This document shows, one piece after another, positions 45,633 through 53,056 of a stretch of DNA of 64,000 nt. The notes beneath the pieces were generated by a model that had not been told where the DNA came from, did no database searches, and saw only the letters and a program-made list of their open reading frames with translations. The translations under genes and the position numbers were made by a program. Positions within the stretch are counted from its first letter, which is position 1, and each line of letters starts with the position of its first letter. The stretch lies in NCBI GenBank assembly GCA_036560185.1, contig DATBRS010000247.1:6049-70048 (forward strand), read 5' to 3'. The stretch is from Myxococcota bacterium (GTDB lineage: Bacteria > Myxococcota_A > UBA9160 > UBA6930).

Positions 45633-46931
45633 ATGCTGCCGCGCGCTGCAGGGAGTGGCCGCGTGTCAGCGATTCGTTTCGCGATCTGGATCGACGCGAC
45701 TCCTCCCGAGAGCGCGCTGCGCGTCTTCGGCATGTCGCTCGTCGAGCGGCTGCTCGCCGCCGTCGCACAGCTCGCGGGTGCGAAGAACGCGCGCTTCGCG
45801 CTCGCGAGCGTCGTGGTGGAGCACGCGCCGGCGGCCGCGCCGCGGCTGCGTGCCGATCTCGCGGCGCGCCTCGGCGCGACGCTCGCCGAGGCGCGCGGCA
45901 CGCTTTCCGAGCGCATCGCGCGCGCCGCCGCGCGCGACGCGAACGCCGTGCTGCTCGCGCTGCCAGGCGACGCCATCGTCGACACGCGCGTGCTCGCCGA
46001 GTTGCTGCGCGAAGCGGATAGCGCGATCGCTCTCGCGGACGAGGGTGCACGACGCACGGCGCTGGTGCGCCTCGCGGCGAGCGCGGTGCCGGCGCCGGCG
46101 AGCGCGAACGATCTGCGCGGCCTCGCCGAGGCGCAGCGCGCCGCGGGCACAGCGCGCGTGCTCCCGCTCTCGGCGATTGCGGAGCACATCGCCGACCTGC
46201 GGCGCGATCAGCCGGCCTATGCGTTTCGGCTCGCCGCGAGCGAGGTCGCGTCCACCGAGCGCTGGCTGTTCTGGTCGAACTACAAGGGCTCGACCGACTT
46301 CCTGACGCGCTTCGTCTTCCCACCTTTCGTGTGGGCAGCGGTGCGCCCGCTCGCGCGCCTCGGCGTCCACCCGAATTGGGTGACGGGGCTGGCGGTGCTG
46401 CTGTGCTTCGGTGCGATCCCGCTCTGGGCGCATGGACATTGGGCGCTCGGCTTCGCGGCCGCCTACGGGATGGCGGTGCTCGATTCCGTCGACGGCAAGC
46501 TCGCGCGCCTCACCTTCACCGCCTCGACGCTCGGGAACGTGATGGACCACGGAACCGACATCCTGCATCCGCCGTTCTGGTACGCGGCGTGGGCGTGGGG
46601 TCTGGCCGGTGGACCTCACGGCCCGGTCTACGAGCTCACGCTCTGGATGTTCGGGCTGTACACGCTCGACCGGCTGGTCGCGCCGATCTTCCGCGCGATG
46701 ACGCAGAAGTCGATCCACGGCTACGCGCCGATCGACGTCGCGATGCGCACGTTCATCTCGCGGCGCAACGTCAACCTGCCGGTCTTCACCGTCGCGCTGC
46801 CGCTCGGGCTCGGCGCCGAGGCGATCGTGCTCGTGGTGGCGTGGCAGGCCGCGTGCTTCGTGTTCCACGCGGTGCGCTGCGCGCAGGTGGCGATCAGCCT
46901 CGAGCGCAGCGCGAGCCGGGCGACGCGGTGA
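45633..46931 (+). CDS. Fusion of a degenerate nucleotidyltransferase-like domain to a CDP-alcohol phosphotransferase (copy 2; IPCT/DIPPS-like architecture)
   Basis: Motif LDSVDGKLARLTFTASTLGNVMDHGTDILHPP within TM helices. The N-terminal domain resembles an NTase (ALPGDAIVDTRVLAELL), but the Gly-rich loop reads AIWIDATPPES. The junction ERWLFWSNYKGSTDFLTRFVFPPF matches copy 1 (ERALFDASYKGVTDFITKYAWPPL). An alternative GTG start at 45663 has a better GGGAG SD. Confidence 0.75.
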   Translation: MLPRAAGSGRVSAIRFAIWIDATPPESALRVFGMSLVERLLAAVAQLAGAKNARFALASVVVEHAPAAAPRLRADLAARLGATLAEARGTLSERIARAAARDANAVLLALPGDAIVDTRVLAELLREADSAIALADEGARRTALVRLAASAVPAPASANDLRGLAEAQRAAGTARVLPLSAIAEHIADLRRDQPAYAFRLAASEVASTERWLFWSNYKGSTDFLTRFVFPPFVWAAVRPLARLGVHPNWVTGLAVLLCFGAIPLWAHGHWALGFAAAYGMAVLDSVDGKLARLTFTASTLGNVMDHGTDILHPPFWYAAWAWGLAGGPHGPVYELTLWMFGLYTLDRLVAPIFRAMTQKSIHGYAPIDVAMRTFISRRNVNLPVFTVALPLGLGAEAIVLVVAWQAACFVFHAVRCAQVAISLERSASRATR

Positions 46932-47075
46932 ACGCGCGGCAGCCGCTCGGCGCCGCCGCCGGCGCGCTCGTCTCGCTCGCGATCGCGTGAGGCGCGCTCG
47001 TGACGGCGCGCGGCGGCGCGCCGATCCGCGCGCGGAGGCGGCTACTCTGCGCGCGCGAATCCGCCCGAGGCCGCC

Positions 47076-48239
47076 GTGCGCGTCTGCTTCCTGTTCAACC
47101 ACTACGCCACGCACCAGCTGATGCACGCCGCGCCGTTCGCGTTCGAGCTCTCGCGCCGGCACGCGAAGGCGGAGGTGGTCGTCGCCTGCACGAGCGAGGA
47201 GCAGCTGCACGCGGCGCGGCGCATCGCGGAGCTCTATCCCGGCCAGCGCGCGGAGTTCGTGCGGCTGCGCATGTCGCTGCTCGACCGCGTCGCGGCGGCA
47301 GCGCTCGCAGGCTTCACCTTCCTCGCCAAGAAGCGAATGCTCGCCAGCAACCTCGACTTCTTCCGCGGCTTCGACGCCGTCGTCGCGCCCGAGCGCACGA
47401 TGCTGAAGCTGCGCACGAAGCACGGCCTGGCGCACGTGAAGCTGATCAACGCGCGGCACGGTCAGGGCGATCGCGAGGGCAGCTTCGACGCGCGCACGCG
47501 CGAGCTCGATCTCACCCTCGTGGGCGGCCGGAAGTACATCGAGCGCTTCGCCGAACACGAGATCCTGCGCGAGGGCCACACCGCGATCGTCGGCTACCCG
47601 AAGTTCGAGGTGTGCGACGCGCTGCCGGCGCCGCCGCGCTTCTTCGAAAACGACCGGCCGGTAGTCGTCTACAACCCGCACTTCGACGCGACGGAATCGT
47701 CCTGGCAGACCCAGGGCCGCGCGGTGCTCGCTTGGTTCGCAGCGCAGGCCGAGTACAACCTGATCTTCGCGCCGCACGTCGTGCTGTTCGCGCGCGCCTG
47801 GCGCCATCGCGCGCGCGTCCCGCGGCGAATTCGCGAGGCGCGCAACATCTTCGTGGACACCGGCAGCGAGGCGAGCGTCGACATGACCTACACGCGCGCC
47901 GCGGACATCTATCTCGGCGACGCGAGCAGCCAGGTCTACGAGTTCATCGCGAAGCCGCGGCCCTGCGTGTTCATCGACGCCCAGCGCGCGCGCGCGGCCG
48001 CGCCCGCGAAGTACGCGCACTGGCGCTTCGGGCCCGTGATCGAACGCGCCGATCAGCTGGGCGAAGCGCTCGCGCGTGCGCGGCGCGACTTCCCCGCGTA
48101 CCTCGCCGCGCAGCGCGATGCGTTCGCCTACACCTTCTCCACCGACGCAGCGCGCACCCCGGGACAGCGCGGCGCCGACGCGATCTACGAGTTCCTCGAG
48201 AAGGGCCGCATCGTGTCGGAGTGCTACCGCGCGGGCTGA
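47076..48239 (+). CDS. GT-B-fold transferase, TagB/TagF (CDP-glycerol glycerophosphotransferase)-like
   Basis: 387 aa. VVYNPHFD... and AADIYLGDASSQVYEFIAKPRPCVFID parallel the YAPT.../LITDYSSvxFDF blocks of the Glyphos_transf family. This is a tentative assignment. Confidence 0.4.
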   Translation: MRVCFLFNHYATHQLMHAAPFAFELSRRHAKAEVVVACTSEEQLHAARRIAELYPGQRAEFVRLRMSLLDRVAAAALAGFTFLAKKRMLASNLDFFRGFDAVVAPERTMLKLRTKHGLAHVKLINARHGQGDREGSFDARTRELDLTLVGGRKYIERFAEHEILREGHTAIVGYPKFEVCDALPAPPRFFENDRPVVVYNPHFDATESSWQTQGRAVLAWFAAQAEYNLIFAPHVVLFARAWRHRARVPRRIREARNIFVDTGSEASVDMTYTRAADIYLGDASSQVYEFIAKPRPCVFIDAQRARAAAPAKYAHWRFGPVIERADQLGEALARARRDFPAYLAAQRDAFAYTFSTDAARTPGQRGADAIYEFLEKGRIVSECYRAG

Positions 48240-49012
48240 CGCGCCGGCGCATCTTCGATCGGCGCGGCGCGGCTCTTGCGGCGGCTCTCGAAGAGCCGAT
48301 GCGCCCACTCGGCATCGCCCGCGACCAGGCGATTCGCCTCCGCGATGGCGCGCCGCAGGATCAGCATGCGACGGCGCCACAGCATGCGCGGCACGCTGCG
48401 CGTTGCAGTTGTGCGCGAGAAGCGCTCGTGCCGCAGCGCGCTGAGGCCCGAGGGCGGCAGCCCGAGGTAGGCCTCGACGCGCGCGAGCGAGCGCGCCGGC
48501 TCGGCGATCAGCTCGGAAGATTCGAGCACGAGCTTGTCGCCGTCATGCGCGCGCCAGCCCTCGGCGAAGCGGCGGAGCTCGTCGCTGAGCCCCGTCGCCC
48601 GGCCGCGCTGCTGCCAGCCGCGCTCCGAGAAGCAGAACGCGAACTCGTAGCTCTTGGTGGGCCACGCTCCGGTCTCCTCGCCGCGCCGGTAGGCGGAGAC
48701 GATCTCCTCGGCGTCTCGTAACAAGATCACCTTCGGCACGCGCTGCAGCACCGCTTGGTTCCGCGGCGTCGGCGGGAAGTGGAACTTCGCGAGCCGATCG
48801 CGCGCGGCCAGCACGCCCGCGACGCGCTCGTCGAGCTCGACGAAATCGCGGCGGTGGAACTGCGCGGCGTGCCAGTAGCCCGGCGCGATCGGGCGCCGGA
48901 GCAACACCTCGTCGCGGATGCGGCGCGTATCGACGGACAGGGCATGCGTTGCGGCCAACGTCTCGACGAGCGCGCTGCTCGCGCTCTTCGGGATGGCGAC
49001 GATCAGGCTCAC
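48224..49012 (-). CDS. Sulfotransferase-family protein (PAPS-dependent type)
   Basis: It has a 5'-PSB-like motif IVAIPKSASSAL, a 3'-PB-like motif KVILLRDAEEIVSAYRR, and a C-terminal block LESSELIAEPARSLARVEAYLGLP. The ATG overlaps the upstream NTase stop by 4 nt. Confidence 0.55.
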   Translation of the reverse strand: MSLIVAIPKSASSALVETLAATHALSVDTRRIRDEVLLRRPIAPGYWHAAQFHRRDFVELDERVAGVLAARDRLAKFHFPPTPRNQAVLQRVPKVILLRDAEEIVSAYRRGEETGAWPTKSYEFAFCFSERGWQQRGRATGLSDELRRFAEGWRAHDGDKLVLESSELIAEPARSLARVEAYLGLPPSGLSALRHERFSRTTATRSVPRMLWRRRMLILRRAIAEANRLVAGDAEWAHRLFESRRKSRAAPIEDAPARQPAR

Positions 49013-49779
49013 GCGCCGGGCTCCACCGAGCGCGGCGACTCGCGCGCTCGCGCGCGCGCCGCGAGCCCTTTGCGCACCGCCTCGAGGTCATCGAGCGAAT
49101 CGATCTCTCCCCACCACAGGCCTTCCATCGAGCACGCGCGCACGAGCCCGTGGCGCGCGAGCTCGCCGATCGCGGTGGTGTAGTAGGCGCGCTGCTGGCC
49201 GTAGCGGCGCACGAGCTGCTCGAAGCTCTCGCGGATCGCGACCGCTCCCGAGCCGCGCAGCAGCGTCATGCCGATCGCCTCGCCTTGGCTCTCCGGCGGT
49301 TCGAGATCCTTGCCGATCGCCCTCACCAGCCCGCGCTCCAGGCACACCTTCATGTCGTCGTCGTCGTAGCTCGGCTTCACGTTGACCACGATCGTGACGG
49401 GGCTCGGCGGCGCGGCGAAGAGCCGCTCGACGACCGCGCCCTCGAACAGCGTGTCGCCGTTCAGGAGCACGCACTCGCCGTCGAAATCGCGGCTCGCGAG
49501 CCAGGCCGTGATCAGGTTGTCGGCCTGATCGAAGAACGGGTTGTATCGGACCCGCAGTGCGAGGCCGGGCACCGGCGCAGCGGCCGCGAAGCGCTCGACC
49601 TTCTCGATGCCGTAGCCCGCCATCACCACGGCTTCGCGCACACCGTGGGCCGCGAGCTCGCGCAGCTGCACCTCGAGCACCGAGCGGTCGCCGTCGACGG
49701 GCACGAGGCACTTCGGCAGATCCCGCGTCACGGGGAACAGGCGCCGGCCTTGCCCCGCGCTCAGGATGATGGCTCGCAC
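49009..49779 (-). CDS. NTP_transferase-family nucleotidyltransferase (LicC / phospho-alcohol cytidylyltransferase-like)
   Basis: GTG at 49779 with a GGAGAG SD. It has the Gly-rich loop RAIILSAGQGRRLFPVTRDLPKCLVPV, LLNGDTLF, and WGEIDSLDDLE at the C-terminus. Confidence 0.75.
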   Translation of the reverse strand: MRAIILSAGQGRRLFPVTRDLPKCLVPVDGDRSVLEVQLRELAAHGVREAVVMAGYGIEKVERFAAAAPVPGLALRVRYNPFFDQADNLITAWLASRDFDGECVLLNGDTLFEGAVVERLFAAPPSPVTIVVNVKPSYDDDDMKVCLERGLVRAIGKDLEPPESQGEAIGMTLLRGSGAVAIRESFEQLVRRYGQQRAYYTTAIGELARHGLVRACSMEGLWWGEIDSLDDLEAVRKGLAARARARESPRSVEPGA

Positions 49780-49877
49780 CGTGGTGGCTCTCCGTTCCGC
49801 GCGTTCCCGCTGCGCCGAGGCTGGCGCGCATTGTCGTCTACCGGACCGATTCAACAAGGTGGGTAAGCTGCGCGCGC

Positions 49878-52136
49878 GTGGCGGCTGGAAGCGAATCGAA
49901 AGGCGAGGCGGCGCGAGCCGCGAGAGCGCTCACCAGCGGGCATCGGCCGCTGGGCTGGACGCTGTTCGGCTATATCGCCCGCGAAGCGGTGCTGCCCAGC
50001 CTGCTCGCGCTCGGCGGCCTCTCGCTCGCGGCGCTCACGAAGAGCCTGCTCGGCCTCTCCGATCTGCTCGTGAACCGCGGCCTCAGCGGCGCCGACACGG
50101 CGGCGTTCGTCGGTTTCGAGATCGTGGTGCTCGCCGCGCGCATCCTGCCGTTCGCGGTGCTGCTCGGCGCGCTGATCGCGCTCGGGCGCCTCGCCGCAGA
50201 CAAGGAGCTGCTCGCGCTCGAGAGCTGCGGCATCTCGCCGGGCCGCCTGATCGGGCCGGTGTTGGCGGTCGGCTGCCTCGGCACGTTGGGCGGGCTCGCG
50301 CTCTCGCTGCAGCTCGTGCCGGCGACGCTCGCCGCGCGCGAGCAGCTGCTGATCCGCAGCACGCTCGAGCAGCCGGGATCGGTGCTGCACCCTGGCGTGG
50401 TCCAGAAGTTCAAGGAGCGGCGCCTCTCGGCGCTCGACGCGTCGAGCCGCGGCGACGACCTGCGCGGCGTGATGCTCCACGCCGAGGATCTCGACGAGAC
50501 CTTCTTCTCGGAGACCGCGACGCTGCGCGTGCCGCAGCCGGGCACGATCGTCGTGACGATGCGCGACGGCATGATCGTCACGAACGCCGGCAAGCGCGCG
50601 CAGCTCGTGCGCTTCAAGCTGTTCCGCATCGAGCTCGAGGGCAAGGAATCGGTCGGCAAGCCACAGGGCGACGAAGGCCGCTTCGCCAGCACGCCCACGC
50701 GCGAGCTCTGGTCGGCCGTGCCGCAGAACGCGGAGGACGAGCGCGCGATTCGCAGCGAGCTCGCGCGGCGTTTCTCGATGCCGTTCGCCGCGCTCGCGCT
50801 GACCTGGCTCGCGGTGCCGCTCGCGCTGACCCTCGGCAGCGGCACGCGCGGCGGCGGCGGCGTGGTCGGCCTCGGCGTGACGGTCGTGTACTACGGCCTG
50901 CTGCAGGCGTCGAACGGCTTGCTCGAGTTCCCCGACGTGCCGGTCGCGCTGGCTGCGTGGTTTCCCAACCTCGCGGCGGCGATCGGCGGCGGCGTGCTGA
51001 TGATTCGCCGCTTCGTGCTGCTGCGCGAGCAGCAGCCGCGAGCGCGCGCCGCCGACGCGCGCGACGTGAAGTCGCAGCGCGCGCGGGGCGGCCGGCGCTG
51101 GGCGCTCACACGCTACGTCGCGCGCCGCTATCTCGGGAGCGCGCTGCTCGGCATCGGCGTGCTGCTGCTCGCGTATCTGCTCGTCGACGTGCTGGAGAAG
51201 CTCGAGCAGTTCGCCGAGCACGGCGCCGCGTTCTCCGAGGTGCTGCGCTTCTACGCCGCGCGGCTGCCGCTGCTCGTCTCGCGCGTATTGCCGATGGGCC
51301 TGCTCGTCGCCGCCGCAATGATCGTCAGCGCGATGTCGAGCGAGGGCGAGCTCGTCGGCATGGAGGCCTGCGGCATCCGCGCCGGGCGCGGGCTGGTGCC
51401 CGTGATCGTGCTCGCCGCCCTCGCGATGCCGCCGTATTTCGCGCTGCTCGACCGCGTGCTGCCGACGACCAATGCGCTCGCCGACCGCCTGAAGGAACGC
51501 GAGATCAAGGACCGGGCGCCGGACGGCTGGGAAGAAGTCTGGTCGCACACGGCGCGGATGGCGCTGCACGTCGGCGCGCTGAACGCCGCAGCGGGCATGG
51601 CGCGCGACCTCACGCTCTACGAGCTCGGCCCGACCGGCCTGCCGGAGCGGCGGCTCGACGCGCGCGTCGCGAGCGCGCTCGGCCACGGCGAGTGGCGGCT
51701 GACCGACGCGAAGCTGACGCTGATCTCGCGCGCGGGTCTGATCGAGGCGCCGGCCGGCGAGACGCGCGCCATCCCCGAGATCGAGTCGTCGCTCAGCGAC
51801 CCGATGCACCTCGACATCGCCGACTTGGAGAAGCACATCCGCGAGGCGAAGCAGGGCGGCTACAGCTCGATGGCGTACGAGGTCGACTTGCAGTCCCGCT
51901 TGTCGCAGCCGCTCCAGTGCCTGCTGCTGCCGTGGCTCGGCCTGCTGATCGCGCTCGGTGTGCGCAAGCCGGCCCCGAGTCTGCTCTGGGCGATCGCGAT
52001 CGGCGTCGGCTTCATCCTCGTGACGGGAGTGAGCGTTGCCCTCGGCTACGGCGGCACGATTCCGCCGATCGCGGCGGGCTGGCTGCCCTCGGGGGCCGTC
52101 GGGCTGGCGGCATTTGTGCTGCAGCTTCGCCGCTGA
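49878..52136 (+). CDS. LptF/LptG (YjgP/YjgQ) permease family, both halves fused in one 752-aa polypeptide
   Basis: The first half reads FGYIAREAVLPSLLALGGLSLAALT...ILPFAVLLGALIALGRLAADKELLALESCGISPGRL. The second half restarts at about aa 400 with LTRYVARRYLGSALLGIGVLLLAYLLVD...VLPMGLLVAAAMIVSAMSSEGELVGMEACGIRAGR. There is no stop between them. Confidence 0.8.
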   Translation: MAAGSESKGEAARAARALTSGHRPLGWTLFGYIAREAVLPSLLALGGLSLAALTKSLLGLSDLLVNRGLSGADTAAFVGFEIVVLAARILPFAVLLGALIALGRLAADKELLALESCGISPGRLIGPVLAVGCLGTLGGLALSLQLVPATLAAREQLLIRSTLEQPGSVLHPGVVQKFKERRLSALDASSRGDDLRGVMLHAEDLDETFFSETATLRVPQPGTIVVTMRDGMIVTNAGKRAQLVRFKLFRIELEGKESVGKPQGDEGRFASTPTRELWSAVPQNAEDERAIRSELARRFSMPFAALALTWLAVPLALTLGSGTRGGGGVVGLGVTVVYYGLLQASNGLLEFPDVPVALAAWFPNLAAAIGGGVLMIRRFVLLREQQPRARAADARDVKSQRARGGRRWALTRYVARRYLGSALLGIGVLLLAYLLVDVLEKLEQFAEHGAAFSEVLRFYAARLPLLVSRVLPMGLLVAAAMIVSAMSSEGELVGMEACGIRAGRGLVPVIVLAALAMPPYFALLDRVLPTTNALADRLKEREIKDRAPDGWEEVWSHTARMALHVGALNAAAGMARDLTLYELGPTGLPERRLDARVASALGHGEWRLTDAKLTLISRAGLIEAPAGETRAIPEIESSLSDPMHLDIADLEKHIREAKQGGYSSMAYEVDLQSRLSQPLQCLLLPWLGLLIALGVRKPAPSLLWAIAIGVGFILVTGVSVALGYGGTIPPIAAGWLPSGAVGLAAFVLQLRR

Positions 52137-52214
52137 CACGCGGGCAAACCTGGGGTTACTCTGGCCGGGCGCGCCGCGGCCCCTCTCCGCGACGGCCCTC
52201 GCCGGGAGACGTGA

Positions 52215-53021
52215 ATGTTCGGCCGCCGTTCGGACGGAACGCTCGTCCGCAATCTGCCGAAGCTGCGGCGGTTCATGCCGTTCGTGTCACCGCGACGCAA
52301 CGAGTCGGCGTTCTACTACTCCCACGAGATCGAAGTCGACGCCGCCCTGCGCTTCCTCGAGGAGCAGAACAAGACGCGGCCCCCGGGCAGGCAAATCACG
52401 CTGTTCCACCTGTACTTGCGAGCGGTGGCGCTCGGCCTGCGCGACAACGAGGAGGTGAACCGCTTCACCGCGGGCGGCCGTCTGTACCAGCGAAACGGAG
52501 TCTTCCTGACCTTCAGCGCCCTGCGCGAGCTGCAGAAGGGCTCCCATCTGATCACCGTGAAGCGCGCCTTCCCGGCGGGCGAGACGCTTCCCGGAATGGT
52601 AGACCGCGTGCTCGACTCGCTGGTGAGCCGGCGCAGCGGGACCAAGACCCAAGCCGACAAGGAGGTCGACCTCGCGCTCTACCTGCCAACGCCGCTGATT
52701 CGCGGCGTGATGAAGCTTCTCCGCTGGGCGGATTCGCTCGGCGTTTTGCCCAAGTCGATGATCGACGACGACCCGCTGTTCACCTCGTTGTTCGTGGCGA
52801 ACCTCGGATCGCTGGGCATGGAGTCCGGTTACCACCACCTGTGGGAATACGGCACATGCTCGGGCTTCTGCGTCATGGGACGCATCCGAACGCGGCCGGA
52901 CGGCAGCCGCTACGTCGTTTGTAATTACACCTGGGACGAAAGGGTTGCCGACGGCCTCGCCACGAGCTTCGCGCTCGGCGGCTGGAAGGAGCGCGTCGAG
53001 AACCCGGAGAAACTCATCTGA
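52215..53021 (+). CDS. 2-oxoacid-dehydrogenase E2 catalytic-domain-like (CAT-fold) acyltransferase-like protein; no lipoyl domain, canonical His replaced
   Basis: ATG at 52215 with a GGGAGAC SD. The C-terminal block NYTWDERVADGLATSFALGGWKERVENPEKLI matches the E2 signature sfDHRviDGaxaaxFlxxlkxxlExPxxLl, except that DHR reads DER. The stop overlaps the spt N-terminal coding region. Confidence 0.6.
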   Translation: MFGRRSDGTLVRNLPKLRRFMPFVSPRRNESAFYYSHEIEVDAALRFLEEQNKTRPPGRQITLFHLYLRAVALGLRDNEEVNRFTAGGRLYQRNGVFLTFSALRELQKGSHLITVKRAFPAGETLPGMVDRVLDSLVSRRSGTKTQADKEVDLALYLPTPLIRGVMKLLRWADSLGVLPKSMIDDDPLFTSLFVANLGSLGMESGYHHLWEYGTCSGFCVMGRIRTRPDGSRYVVCNYTWDERVADGLATSFALGGWKERVENPEKLI

Positions 53022-53056
53022 CGGATCTATTCGACAAAGTCGCCAGTTACGACCGA

